Below the pieces are notes generated by a model that saw only the letters and a program-made list of their open reading frames with translations, was not told the origin of the DNA and did no database searches. Shown here piece after piece: positions 22,463 to 32,194 of a stretch of DNA of 64,000 nt (position 1 is the first letter of the stretch; each line of letters opens with the position of its first letter). This stretch comes from Candidatus Omnitrophota bacterium (lineage in GTDB: Bacteria; Omnitrophota; Gorgyraeia; JAFGHF01), in assembly GCA_043805735.1 (NCBI GenBank), contig JAZDHS010000004.1:583-64582 (forward strand). Reading direction: 5' to 3'. A program made the position numbers and the translations under genes.

Positions 22463-23342
22463 AGAACCTCTAAGCCGCCACACTACCTTAGGCGTGGGTG
22501 GCCGGGTGAAAGTCTGGATTGAGCCGAAGAATATCGCAGAATTAAAAGTGGTGATTTGCCACTGTGCCCGCGGGCAGATTCCTTTTATGGTCATCGGAAA
22601 AGGCTCTAACCTGCTTTTCCACGACCAGGGGTTTAAGGGCGTAGCGATTGCGCTGCGCGCGCCGGAGTTTACCGAGCTCAAGATTAAAGGCAGCCGAGCC
22701 TATTGCGGGGCCGGGGTAGCGGTGGCCGCGCTAATGCGTCAGGCCCAAAAACAGGGACTGGGCGGATTAGAATTTTTAGCCGGTATTCCGGCAACAGTTG
22801 CCGGGGCAATAGTGATGAATGCCGGCACGCCGCTAAAAGGCATTGGCGATCTGGTAGAGAGCGTGCAGGTTATGGATAAAAAAGGCCGCCTAAAAATACT
22901 GCTCAAAAATAAGTTGCATTTTCGCTATCGTTACTCTAACCTGGAGCGCTATATCATTGTCGGTGTAGTTCTGCGGTTGCTTAAAAAAGATCCCGGGGTG
23001 ATCCAAGAAGAAATCAGCGCATTTTTGAAAAAGAAAAGACATGCCCAGGATCTTCAGACCAAAAGCGCGGGCTGTATTTTCAAAAATCCCCACCATACGC
23101 TCTCGGCCGGGGCGATGATTGAATCCTGTGGTTTGAAAGGGATGCGTAAAGGCGGGGCGGAAATATCTTCTATCCATGCTAATTATATTATTAACCGTGA
23201 CCAAGCTCAGGCCGAAGATATTCTATCATTAATAAGAATGGCCCAAAGAGAAGTGCGGAAAAAATTTAAGGTTAGTCTGGAGCCGGAAATCAAGATAATC
23301 GGGCGCCGCGGCGTCCAAACAGGAAAAGGCGACAAAAAGTGA
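22422..23342 (+). CDS. murB: UDP-N-acetylenolpyruvoylglucosamine reductase
   Basis: GKGSNLL, GIPATVAGA.VMNAG, SAGCIFKNP, HANYIIN. Confidence 0.96.
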   Translation: MYWLKRLKSRINFKEPLSRHTTLGVGGRVKVWIEPKNIAELKVVICHCARGQIPFMVIGKGSNLLFHDQGFKGVAIALRAPEFTELKIKGSRAYCGAGVAVAALMRQAQKQGLGGLEFLAGIPATVAGAIVMNAGTPLKGIGDLVESVQVMDKKGRLKILLKNKLHFRYRYSNLERYIIVGVVLRLLKKDPGVIQEEISAFLKKKRHAQDLQTKSAGCIFKNPHHTLSAGAMIESCGLKGMRKGGAEISSIHANYIINRDQAQAEDILSLIRMAQREVRKKFKVSLEPEIKIIGRRGVQTGKGDKK

Positions 23343-24250
23343 ACAAGAAACTCAGGCGTGTAGGCGTGCTGATGGGTGGCCCCTCAAGCGAACGTGACAT
23401 TTCGCTCAAATCCGGCTGGGCCGTATATCGCGCGCTCAAAGAGAAAGGCGTGGCGGTAGTAGCGATTGATGTTCGTGCCAACGCTAAAGCGCAAGTAAGA
23501 AAGGCCGATATCTCTTGCGCCTTTGTTGCCCTGCACGGTAAATTTGGCGAAGACGGCACGATCCAAAAGATGCTGGAGTCACTCGAAATACCCTACACGG
23601 GTTCAGGGGTGATTGCCAGCTACCTTTGCTTAGATAAGGTGGCCTCGCGGCGCATTTTTCAGCATTACTATATCCCAGTTCCTGAATTTGAGGTGTTGCA
23701 TCGCCGCGCAAAAAAATCCCGGCAAAATATATCCTTGGCCTTTCCAGTAGTGTTAAAACCATCAAACCAGGGCTCGAGCATTGGCGTAACCTGTGTAAGC
23801 AAACGGGCGCAGTTCAGAAAAGCGTTAGATTTGGCTTTTGAATATGACGATACGGTTATTGTAGAAAAATATCTTCCCGGGCGGGAAATTACTGTCGGTG
23901 TCTTAGACGATACGCCGCTACCGGTGGTGGAAATAATTCCCAAAGAGAAGTTTTTTAATTTCCAAGCGAAATACGAAAAAGGTAAAACCAAATATGTTGT
24001 ACCGGCTAAGCTGTCTACGGGGCAATTTAAAGAAGCGCAGCGGCTTGGTCTTTTAGCGCACCAGGTTCTGGGTTGCCGCGGTTTTTCCCGTGCGGATATA
24101 ATTTTAAGTAGAGGCACGCCCTTCGTGTTAGAAGTAAACAGTATCCCGGGACTCACCGAAACCTCTCTTTTGCCAATGGCCGCTGGTGCCATCGGAATTT
24201 CTTTTCCCAATCTCTGTTTAAAAATTTTGCATTCCGCAGACAAAAGTTAA
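23339..24250 (+). CDS. ddl: D-alanine--D-alanine ligase
   Basis: GGPSSERDISL, LHGKFGEDG, GSSIG, EVNSIPGLTETSLLP. Confidence 0.97.
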   Translation: MNKKLRRVGVLMGGPSSERDISLKSGWAVYRALKEKGVAVVAIDVRANAKAQVRKADISCAFVALHGKFGEDGTIQKMLESLEIPYTGSGVIASYLCLDKVASRRIFQHYYIPVPEFEVLHRRAKKSRQNISLAFPVVLKPSNQGSSIGVTCVSKRAQFRKALDLAFEYDDTVIVEKYLPGREITVGVLDDTPLPVVEIIPKEKFFNFQAKYEKGKTKYVVPAKLSTGQFKEAQRLGLLAHQVLGCRGFSRADIILSRGTPFVLEVNSIPGLTETSLLPMAAGAIGISFPNLCLKILHSADKS

Positions 24251-24261
24251 AAGGAAGGACA

Positions 24262-25092
24262 ATGCCGGATTACAAAAAGTTAATAAAAATGAGGATGAGG
24301 AGAAGAGCGCCTGGCCGTAGAGTCCGGCCAGGTTCAGCGCTTAATCCACGCACGAAAATAATCTTTGCCGGGGTGATGACCTTGGCCTTGTGTATAGCCG
24401 TGGCAGTATATGTCGCGCTGGGTGTGCGCTCTTTTTTATTGGATTCGCCCGTCTTTACCATCGATACACTTTATGTCATGAGTGCCGATGAACAGCCGAT
24501 CGTAAATGCCGAAGAGATCATCAACGTCGAGCGCTTAGGTGAAAACAGACATTTGTTGCGCTATGATGTCAAGAAGCTGATGCGCGATATCCAGGCTAGG
24601 CACCCCGAATTGGCAACGGTAGTGGTGCGTAAACAGTTTCCCAGTGCCTTAATTATCACCATAAGAAAACGTATTCCCGTGGTCATTGTCGGTAATAATC
24701 TCTGCGTGGTCGATAAAGAAGGTTTTGCCCTGCCGTTCAATCAGGAATACGCGCTGTTGCCTAAAATTAGCGGAATTCATTCCGCGCAGGTTCCGCTGGC
24801 CGCCAAGAGTGGTTCGTTACGCCTAGAAAAGGCGCTGGCGCTTCTTATCGCCTTGGAGGAAGCGGGGATTTATCCTGCACGCAAGGTATCGCGGATTGAT
24901 GTGGGTGACTTTTCCCAGGTGTTGTTTTATTTCGACGATAACACCGAAGTAAAAATGGGGGGAGATGAATTCGCGCAAAAAGCGAAAGTCTTGAAAGGTA
25001 TTTTACAGCGGCTAAAAAAAGAAAAAGATTTGACGCCCAAATATATTGACATGCGTTTTGGTAATCCCGCTGTGCTACCGCAGGAAAAATAA
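24262..25092 (+). CDS. ftsQ: cell division protein FtsQ/DivIB
   Basis: Basic N-terminus, single TM, POTRA-like domain, C-terminal YIDMRF. Confidence 0.88.
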   Translation: MPDYKKLIKMRMRRRAPGRRVRPGSALNPRTKIIFAGVMTLALCIAVAVYVALGVRSFLLDSPVFTIDTLYVMSADEQPIVNAEEIINVERLGENRHLLRYDVKKLMRDIQARHPELATVVVRKQFPSALIITIRKRIPVVIVGNNLCVVDKEGFALPFNQEYALLPKISGIHSAQVPLAAKSGSLRLEKALALLIALEEAGIYPARKVSRIDVGDFSQVLFYFDDNTEVKMGGDEFAQKAKVLKGILQRLKKEKDLTPKYIDMRFGNPAVLPQEK

Positions 25093-25096
25093 ACCG

Positions 25097-26308
25097 ATGA
25101 TTAAAAACCGCCGGATCTGCGCCTTGGATGTGGGCACGCATAAGATTGCCGCGCTCTGCGCGAAAATCGACCGCTGGGGCATAGTTCAGGTTGAAGGTTT
25201 CCAGAAAATTTCCACCCAAGGGATTAATGCCGGACAAATTACCGATGCCGGAAAGCTCAGTGCCGCTATCGATGAGGTAATGCGGCAGTTGTGTAAGATG
25301 TCCGGCATCAGGGTGCGCCGGGTGCTGGTCAATTTTGACTGCCCGGACTTAAAGATGCATTTACAGCAAGGAGTCCTGGATTCCCGCCAAGACTGGCGAG
25401 CGAAAAAATTTTACCTGCGCCGGATGCTTAATACATATGTTTGTTCAACTTTGCCTAAACAGCGCAAACTGGTGCGCGTGGATTTTAAACAACGCGCCAT
25501 CATCGATGCCCAAACAGAGGAACCGGTAGTTGATATTGTGATGCTTAGTTCCGCCGCTAGTTCATTTCATGCCTTTGTGCGTTGTTTGGCGCGCGCCCAC
25601 CTGGCTATAGAGGCAGTAGTACCATCAGGGTATGCGCAGATAGTCAGTCTTTTAAAAAGGCACAGGTCGGCCTCGGCCAAGAAGAATATCCTCATTGATT
25701 TTGGCGCGGGGCTAACCAAAATTATTGCTTATGAAAATGGATTAGTGAAAAATATTGTCTATATTTCCACCGGCGCGCAAAATATTACCGCTGGGATCAA
25801 AGATGCCTTAGGGGTTTCTCTCGATGTTGCGGAAAGGCTCAAGCTGGCCTACGGCCGGCTCAATGTCATGCGTAATATTAATATCCAAAGAATCGTGGTC
25901 AACGACCAGGCGCATTATAAAACGGTAGAAACTCAGGCGCTCTACGCCGCTATTGCCGCAAAAATTGAGGAGCTTTTGGAGCCTACCCGCAGGGCGCTTC
26001 AACAGAGCCTCACCGACGGAGTTAATCCGGTAGAAGAAATTATTGTCACCGGAGGCGGTGCCCTGATGGAAGGATTCCTGGAACGCGCGGAAGCGGTCTT
26101 GGGTTTACCGGTAAAGATGGGTTTCTTGTATGGCGTCAACGAAAGCCGCCTGCAATCCCAAAGCGCCCTTTATGCGACGCTGGTAGGTTTGGTCCGCTAT
26201 GGGGCCTTATTAAGAGACCGCAAAGATAAACTATTGGTCCGGGCCGGGGTCGGGGTAGTCGACGATATGATCAGCCGGGCCAGCAAGCTCTACTACGAGT
26301 ATTTCTAA
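25097..26308 (+). CDS. ftsA: cell division protein FtsA (divergent)
   Basis: LDVGTHKI, IDFGAG, AERLK, VTGGGA actin-fold motifs; C-terminal amphipathic helix; follows ftsQ. Confidence 0.85.
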   Translation: MIKNRRICALDVGTHKIAALCAKIDRWGIVQVEGFQKISTQGINAGQITDAGKLSAAIDEVMRQLCKMSGIRVRRVLVNFDCPDLKMHLQQGVLDSRQDWRAKKFYLRRMLNTYVCSTLPKQRKLVRVDFKQRAIIDAQTEEPVVDIVMLSSAASSFHAFVRCLARAHLAIEAVVPSGYAQIVSLLKRHRSASAKKNILIDFGAGLTKIIAYENGLVKNIVYISTGAQNITAGIKDALGVSLDVAERLKLAYGRLNVMRNINIQRIVVNDQAHYKTVETQALYAAIAAKIEELLEPTRRALQQSLTDGVNPVEEIIVTGGGALMEGFLERAEAVLGLPVKMGFLYGVNESRLQSQSALYATLVGLVRYGALLRDRKDKLLVRAGVGVVDDMISRASKLYYEYF

Positions 26309-26329
26309 CTCCTTCAACCGTAGCCATAA

Positions 26330-26375
26330 GGGACTGTCCCCTCCCAATTCTACACCCAATCAGGGGGACTGTCCC
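26330..26375. repeat. pair of GGGACTGTCCC REP-like palindromes
   Basis: GGGAC-T-GTCCC at 26330-26340 and 26365-26375 in the ftsA-proC gap. Confidence 0.7.
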
Positions 26376-26419
26376 ATTACACAGATAAGCGTTGCCTTGG
26401 TAGTTAAGCCAAAGCGTCG

Positions 26420-26448
26420 TTGACAGAGAAATGCTTTTGTGCTACATT
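26420..26448 (+). promoter_or_regulatory. sigma70 promoter upstream of proC
   Basis: TTGACA (26420-26425), 17-bp spacer, TGn-TACATT (26443-26448). Confidence 0.7.
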
Positions 26449-26478
26449 ATACTGATGTTTTTACGAGAAAGTCAGGTG

Positions 26479-27285
26479 ATGGCAGTGAAAATTGGTATTA
26501 TTGGCTGTGGTAATATGGGCAGCGCGCTGTTACGCGGAATTTTAGCCAAACGCTTGGCCCCTAACCAAGCCATTTTCTGTTTTGATAAAGACCGCAATAA
26601 GCTTAAAGGCGTGCGCGCCCAATTTTCGATCACCGTCTGTGCTTCTATTAGCGAGCTGGTGCGTAAAAGTGAGGTAATTATAGTTGCGGTCAAGCCTGGT
26701 GATGTTGCGCTGGTACTTGCGGATTTCACCGGTTCGCTGGAGGGTAAACTGATTGTTTCCGTCTGCGCCGGAATACCGACGCGGATGTATGAACGTGTCT
26801 TGGGTAAAGTAGCGGTAGCCCGGGTAATGCCGAATCTGCCGGCGCAAATTGGCCAAGGCATTTCCGCGTTATCAATGGGTAGATTCACCGGGGCCAGGCA
26901 AAAGAAGACGGCGCTTTTACTTTTATCCGCCGTTGGCGAGGTAGTGGAAGTAAAGGAACATTTAATTAATGCCGTAACCGCGATTAGCGGTTCCGGTCCG
27001 GCCTTTTTCTTTTATTTAGCTGAACTAATGATTGCGACGGCGCGGCAATTAGGCCTTGATGAAACTACGGCGAAAAGGTTAGTGCTTAAGACAGCGCTCG
27101 GAAGCGCATTGCTGCTTGAACAAACAACTCAAAGACCGCAGGTATTACGCCAACTCGTTACTTCCAAAGAAGGCACGACTGAGGCGGCTTTCAAGGTGCT
27201 CACGAAAAAAAAGATTCAGAGTATTTTCACCCTGGCAATTAAGGCTGCGGCTAAAAGAGCTAAAGGCCTGGAAAAAACCAGGTGA
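26479..27285 (+). CDS. proC: pyrroline-5-carboxylate reductase
   Basis: IGCGNMG, AVKP, RVMPN, SGSGPA, VTSKEGTT. Confidence 0.96.
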   Translation: MAVKIGIIGCGNMGSALLRGILAKRLAPNQAIFCFDKDRNKLKGVRAQFSITVCASISELVRKSEVIIVAVKPGDVALVLADFTGSLEGKLIVSVCAGIPTRMYERVLGKVAVARVMPNLPAQIGQGISALSMGRFTGARQKKTALLLLSAVGEVVEVKEHLINAVTAISGSGPAFFFYLAELMIATARQLGLDETTAKRLVLKTALGSALLLEQTTQRPQVLRQLVTSKEGTTEAAFKVLTKKKIQSIFTLAIKAAAKRAKGLEKTR

Positions 27286-27506
27286 TGAGATATTCTATCC
27301 GCTTGCATCCCGGGGCATCTCAAAATAAACTACTCAAAGATCCTGTAAGGCAGTCTATCGATGTCTATGTTACCAAAAAGCCATATCATGGCCAGGCGAA
27401 CCAGGCGCTGAAAGAATTATTAGCTGAAGAATTTGATGTAGCGCCTTCGAGAATAAAAATTGTGCAGGGTGAAAAATCGCGGTTTAAAATAGTCGAGATA
27501 GAATAG
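27282..27506 (+). CDS. DUF167 (YggU-like) protein
   Basis: HPGA, GQAN, GEKSR.K motifs; usual position near proC. Confidence 0.85.
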   Translation: MMRYSIRLHPGASQNKLLKDPVRQSIDVYVTKKPYHGQANQALKELLAEEFDVAPSRIKIVQGEKSRFKIVEIE

Positions 27507-27517
27507 GGGTAAGCAAA

Positions 27518-28375
27518 ATGGCGCGTATCGGTATCATTGGCGGCAGCGGCTTGTATGACCTTGAGGGCATGGTGGTGAAAGAAAGATTAGCCTTGGATAC
27601 TCCTTTTGGCCGGCCTTCGGCTGAATTTACTATCGGGACCTTGGAAGGAAAAGAAATCGTGTTTTTACCGCGGCACGGAAAGAGCCACACGATTTCTCCG
27701 AGTGAAATTAATTTTCCGGCCAATATTTATGGTCTGAAAAAACTGGGTGTGGAACGGATTATTTCCGTCTGCGCGGTGGGCAGCTTAAAAAAGGAAATTA
27801 AACCGTGTGATTTCTTAATTCCCGACCAATTTGTCGACTGGACTAATCAGGCCCGCAAGACGACCTTTTTTGAAAAAGGGATTGTTGCACATGTTGCTTT
27901 CGCCGATCCGGTCTGCCCAACCGTTAGCCAGGCTTTGCTCAAGGCCGCCAAGGCGCTGAAGGTTAGGGCCCACGCTAAAGGAACATATTTAAATATGGAA
28001 GGGCCGGCATTTTCCACACGCGCCGAGTCGCACCTTTACCGCAGTTGGGGTATGGATATCATCGGTATGACCAATATGGCCGAAGCCAGGCTCACCCGCG
28101 AGGCTGAAATATGCTATGCCGCTTTGGCGATGATTACCGATTACGACTGCTGGTATGCCAGCGAAGAGAAGGTGAGCGTAGATTTAATTTTGGCAAATTT
28201 TAAAAAAAGCGTGGAAAACGCCAAAAAATTACTCAGAAAAGCGATTGTCGCCATGCCCACCAAAAGAGACTGTCTCTGCTGCGGGGCCTTGCAGGGCGCA
28301 ATTGTCACCGCGCCTGAGGCTATTTCTCCGGAAATAAAAAAGAAGCTGGATATTATCATTGGTAAATATGTATGA
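27518..28375 (+). CDS. mtnP: S-methyl-5'-thioadenosine phosphorylase
   Basis: IGIIGGSG, PRHG, EGPAFSTRAES, IGMT, TDYDCW. Confidence 0.93.
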   Translation: MARIGIIGGSGLYDLEGMVVKERLALDTPFGRPSAEFTIGTLEGKEIVFLPRHGKSHTISPSEINFPANIYGLKKLGVERIISVCAVGSLKKEIKPCDFLIPDQFVDWTNQARKTTFFEKGIVAHVAFADPVCPTVSQALLKAAKALKVRAHAKGTYLNMEGPAFSTRAESHLYRSWGMDIIGMTNMAEARLTREAEICYAALAMITDYDCWYASEEKVSVDLILANFKKSVENAKKLLRKAIVAMPTKRDCLCCGALQGAIVTAPEAISPEIKKKLDIIIGKYV

Positions 28376-28376
28376 A

Positions 28377-28500
28377 CCCCGCCCTTCCTAAACAAGTAAT
28401 GCATAACAAGTAAAAGCACAGCAAAAAGGTTTAAGTAATGCAGATAAAATTAAGCAGAAGTAATAGTTATATTGGCAATGCCGGGAAAGGAAGGGCGGGG
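28377..28500. mobile_element. 124-bp MITE-like non-autonomous element
   Basis: Perfect 13-bp TIRs CCCCGCCCTTCCT (28377-28389) / AGGAAGGGCGGGG (28488-28500); TGAA direct repeats at 28373-28376 and 28501-28504; AT-rich interior. Confidence 0.75.
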
Positions 28501-31334
28501 TGAATTATAAAGAAACGCTCAGCCTTCCCAAGACCACTTTCCCGATGCAGGCCAAGCTCAAAGAGCTGGAACCGCGAATGCTCTCTTTCTGGCAGGCCGA
28601 GGATATCTACGCGGCGATGCGCCAACAAGCAAAAGGCCGGCCGAAATATATCTTGCACGACGGGCCGCCCTATGCCAACGGCGATATTCATATCGGCCAT
28701 GCCCTGAATAAAATTCTTAAAGATTTTGTCGTAAAATATAAGGCCTTGCGTGGTTTTGATGTGCCGTTTGTGCCGGGTTGGGATTGCCACGGCCTTCCGG
28801 TGGAACATCAGCTGTTTAAGGAATTAGGGATTACCAAACATCAGATTGACCGGGTCCAATTTAGAAAAAAGGCGAGAGACTTCGCGCTGCGATTCGTAAA
28901 TATTCAGCGTGAGCAGTTCAAAAGGTTAGGACTGTTTGCTGAGTGGGAACACCCTTATTTAACCTTGGACCCGGCCTATGAAGCGGAGATTCTACGCGCC
29001 TTCGCCCGACTGGTTAAGGACGGCTATATTTATCATGGCCTCAAGCCGATTAATTGGTGTATGGGCTGTGAGACGGCATTGGCGGAGGCAGAGGTGGAAT
29101 ATGAGGATCGCCGCTCGCCTTCCATTTTTGTCAAGTTTAAACTCCTCGGTGCGGAAAAAATTAGTATTTTGCGTCTTCCTCAGGAGCAGGAGACCTACTT
29201 TTTAATCTGGACAACTACGCCCTGGACGCTGTTGGCCAATGTGGCCATTGCCGTTCATCCCGAGTTTGAGTATAGCCTGGTAAGAGTGCGTACTAAAACC
29301 GGTGAGAGCGAGGCCTATCTTCTGGCCAGCGCGCGGGTAGCGGCAGTAATGCGCGAAACCGGTATCAGCGAATATGAGACGCTAGCTAGCATTAAGGGGG
29401 CAAAACTGGAAGGAATTCTCACTGGCCATCCTTTCGTTGAACGCCAGGCCCAAGTAGTGCTCGCCGACTATGTCTCCAGCGAGGAAGGTACCGGATGTGT
29501 CCATACGGCGCCGGGACACGGTGAAGAAGATTATCTGACCGGATTAAAATATAAGCTTCCGGTGATTATGCCGGTCGATGAAAAAGGAAAATTTGACCGC
29601 ACGGTGGGTGAGTTTTCCGGAATGGATGTCTTAAAGGCCAATGATGCGATTATTCAAAAAATGAAAACCAACGGCATGCTGCTTTACGCCGGCGATATTC
29701 TCCATTCTTATCCGCACTGTTGGAGATGCAAATCTCCGTTGATTACCCGCAGTACTCGGCAGTGGTTTATTAATGTGGAGCACAAGGGGTTAAGAAAAAG
29801 AGCCCTGGAAGTGATTGACCAGGTGCAATGGATTCCCGAATCCGCTAAAAGCCGGATTTCCGGAATGGTCCGGTCGCGTCCGGATTGGTGCCTTTCCCGG
29901 CAAAGATTTTGGGGTGTGCCGATCCCCGTATTTTACTGTAAGAACTGCGGTAAAGAAATTGTCGAGGCCCAGCTGATCGAAAAGGCCGCCGCGATTGTGG
30001 CCAAGGAAGGAGCGGATGCCTGGTTTATCCGCTCAGCCGAAGAATTAGCCGGAGAAAAGCTGCGTTGTCCGGAGTGTAAAAATGAACAGTGGATTAAGGA
30101 ACAGGATATTATCGATGTCTGGTTTGACTCCGGAGTCAGCCATCAGGCCGTGCTCTTGACCAATAAAGATTTGGGTTTTCCCGCTTCGCTTTACTTGGAA
30201 GGCAGCGACCAGCATCGCGGCTGGTTTCAAACCGCGCTCTTAACCGCGATTCCTTTAACCAATCAAGCGCCTTATCAGACGGTGCTGACACATGGCTTTA
30301 CGGTGGATGGGGAAGGCAAGAAAATGTCCAAGTCCCGTGGGAATGTCATTTCTCCGCAGGAAACCATTGAGCAATACGGGGCGGAAATTTTACGCTTGTG
30401 GGTCGCCTCCTGCGACTATAGCGATGATGTGCGGATTTCTCCGCAAATTCTGGCCAGCATCGCCGATGCCTACCGCAAGATTCGCAATACGATCCGTTTT
30501 CTTTTGGGTAACCTCACTGACTTTACGCCCGATAAAAAGGTGGTTTACGAGGAGCTTTGGGAAATTGACCAGTGGGCCCTATCCTCGTTAGCCTCATTAT
30601 TAAAAGAAATTACCGCTGACTACGAAAATTTTCTCTATTACAAAATGTTTCGCCGGCTCTATAATTTTTGCACCTGTGAAATGTCTTCCTTTTATCTTGA
30701 TATTTTAAAGGACCGCCTCTATACTATGGGCAGGACTTCGCCAGCCCGGCGTTCAGCGCAGACGGCAATGGCGGAGATACTGCTGGCCCTGACCAAGATT
30801 ATGGCCCCGGTGCTTACCTTTACGGCCGAGGAGGTCTGGGCGAATATGGGCGCGATTGCCGGGGAAAAACAACCGCGGTCAATTCTATTAGGCAGTTGGC
30901 CTGATGCTGAAGCCCGCTGGTCTAATCCGGGACTGGAAAGTAAATTTGAACGTCTGGAGAAAATTCGCGCCGCAGTACTTAAGGTTATTGAGACCGAGCG
31001 GGAAAAGGGAATTATCGGCAGCTCTCTGGAGGCACGGGTATCTTTATATGTGCAGGATGATGCGCTTTATCAATTTTTAAAAGAAAACTTAAGGCTGTGG
31101 GAATCTATTTTTATTGTTTCGGCGGTTTCTTTGGAAAAAGTAACTGCCTTTTCTGAAGGCGTCACTGTGAATAACGTTGAGGCTCCTAATTTAGGGGTTA
31201 AGGTGGCGAAAATTGAATACGCTAAGTGCGAACGCTGCTGGAATTACCGCGATTCCGTAGGTAAAATTTCGGGATATCCGCAATTGTGCGAACGATGCGT
31301 TAAAGCGATCGATGAGGAGGAAAAAACAAAATGA
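28500..31334 (+). CDS. ileS: isoleucine--tRNA ligase (type 1)
   Basis: HDGPPYANG..HIGH, GWDCHGLP, KMSKS, C-terminal CERCW..CERC zinc finger; GTG start. Confidence 0.98.
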   Translation: MNYKETLSLPKTTFPMQAKLKELEPRMLSFWQAEDIYAAMRQQAKGRPKYILHDGPPYANGDIHIGHALNKILKDFVVKYKALRGFDVPFVPGWDCHGLPVEHQLFKELGITKHQIDRVQFRKKARDFALRFVNIQREQFKRLGLFAEWEHPYLTLDPAYEAEILRAFARLVKDGYIYHGLKPINWCMGCETALAEAEVEYEDRRSPSIFVKFKLLGAEKISILRLPQEQETYFLIWTTTPWTLLANVAIAVHPEFEYSLVRVRTKTGESEAYLLASARVAAVMRETGISEYETLASIKGAKLEGILTGHPFVERQAQVVLADYVSSEEGTGCVHTAPGHGEEDYLTGLKYKLPVIMPVDEKGKFDRTVGEFSGMDVLKANDAIIQKMKTNGMLLYAGDILHSYPHCWRCKSPLITRSTRQWFINVEHKGLRKRALEVIDQVQWIPESAKSRISGMVRSRPDWCLSRQRFWGVPIPVFYCKNCGKEIVEAQLIEKAAAIVAKEGADAWFIRSAEELAGEKLRCPECKNEQWIKEQDIIDVWFDSGVSHQAVLLTNKDLGFPASLYLEGSDQHRGWFQTALLTAIPLTNQAPYQTVLTHGFTVDGEGKKMSKSRGNVISPQETIEQYGAEILRLWVASCDYSDDVRISPQILASIADAYRKIRNTIRFLLGNLTDFTPDKKVVYEELWEIDQWALSSLASLLKEITADYENFLYYKMFRRLYNFCTCEMSSFYLDILKDRLYTMGRTSPARRSAQTAMAEILLALTKIMAPVLTFTAEEVWANMGAIAGEKQPRSILLGSWPDAEARWSNPGLESKFERLEKIRAAVLKVIETEREKGIIGSSLEARVSLYVQDDALYQFLKENLRLWESIFIVSAVSLEKVTAFSEGVTVNNVEAPNLGVKVAKIEYAKCERCWNYRDSVGKISGYPQLCERCVKAIDEEEKTK

Positions 31335-31720
31335 ACAAAAAGGCCCTGGAGAAGTACAAGAAACTACTGTTAAAAATGCGTGAAGAGATTGTCGAAGAAA
31401 TGGATTCGATTACCAAAGATACGCTCAACAAATCACAAAGAGAGGCTTCCGGAGACCTCTCGGGGTACGCCTTTCATATGGCCGATGCCGCTACCGATAA
31501 TTACGATCGCGAATTCTCGCTCAACCTGGCCTCGGATAACCAGAAGATTGTCTATGCTATTGACGAGGCGCTGGCAAGAATTAAAGAGAAGACTTATGGC
31601 CTTTGCCTGGAATGCGGCGCCGAAATTACCCGCAAACGCCTGCAGGCCGTACCGCATACGACACTCTGCATCGCTTGTCAGCGCAGTGAAGAGGTCAAGA
31701 AAAAACAGAAGGCCGAATAA
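31331..31720 (+). CDS. TraR/DksA family C4 zinc-finger protein
   Basis: Coiled coil with HMAD tip; YGLCLECG..RLQAVP..LCIAC. Confidence 0.9.
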   Translation: MNKKALEKYKKLLLKMREEIVEEMDSITKDTLNKSQREASGDLSGYAFHMADAATDNYDREFSLNLASDNQKIVYAIDEALARIKEKTYGLCLECGAEITRKRLQAVPHTTLCIACQRSEEVKKKQKAE

Positions 31721-31735
31721 ACTCACCAGGCGCGT

Positions 31736-32194
31736 ATGGTTGTTTTTGTTATTGCCGGCGTTATAGTTGCTCTGGATCAGCTGACCAAGTATATGGTTTG
31801 GCATATACTGGCTCCGGGTGAGTCCTTACCGATAGTAAATCACGTCTTTCATCTTAGCCTCGTTTTGAATCGCGGTTTTGCCTTTGGCTTATTTGCTAAA
31901 GCGCACCCGATCTTTATTTGGGCTCTCTATGGCGCGGTGATTATTCTGGCCGCGGCTGTTTTGTGCCGTCAGGGCGGCCTTTTCCCGAAGAAGTCGACGC
32001 GTATTTTTTTAACCCTGATCGCGGCGGGAGCGCTCGGTAATTTGATTGACCGGATACGCTTTAGCGCGGTAATTGATTTTTTGGATTTTCGGATTTGGCC
32101 AGTCTTTAATCTTGCTGATTCGGCAATTACTGTGGGAGTGAGCCTTTTATTATGGCAATTGTTTATCCACCAGCAAACCCAACCTAAACAATGA
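31736..32194 (+). CDS. lspA: lipoprotein signal peptidase II
   Basis: DQLTK, NRGFAFG, GNLIDR, VIDF, FNLAD. Confidence 0.96.
   Translation: MVVFVIAGVIVALDQLTKYMVWHILAPGESLPIVNHVFHLSLVLNRGFAFGLFAKAHPIFIWALYGAVIILAAAVLCRQGGLFPKKSTRIFLTLIAAGALGNLIDRIRFSAVIDFLDFRIWPVFNLADSAITVGVSLLLWQLFIHQQTQPKQ

Noticed and set aside
23668-24243. 191-aa minus-strand ORF, and other minus-strand ORFs in the track
   Set aside because: They lie antisense to well-conserved genes and show no recognisable motifs; these are shadow ORFs
28390-28470. AAGTAA repeats as a mini CRISPR array
   Set aside because: The repeats are only 6-10 nt, the spacers are too short, and there are no cas genes
28376-28499. T-box riboswitch upstream of ileS
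   Set aside because: No T-box consensus (AAnnnGGGTGGnACC) or stem I; TIRs plus a target duplication explain the region better
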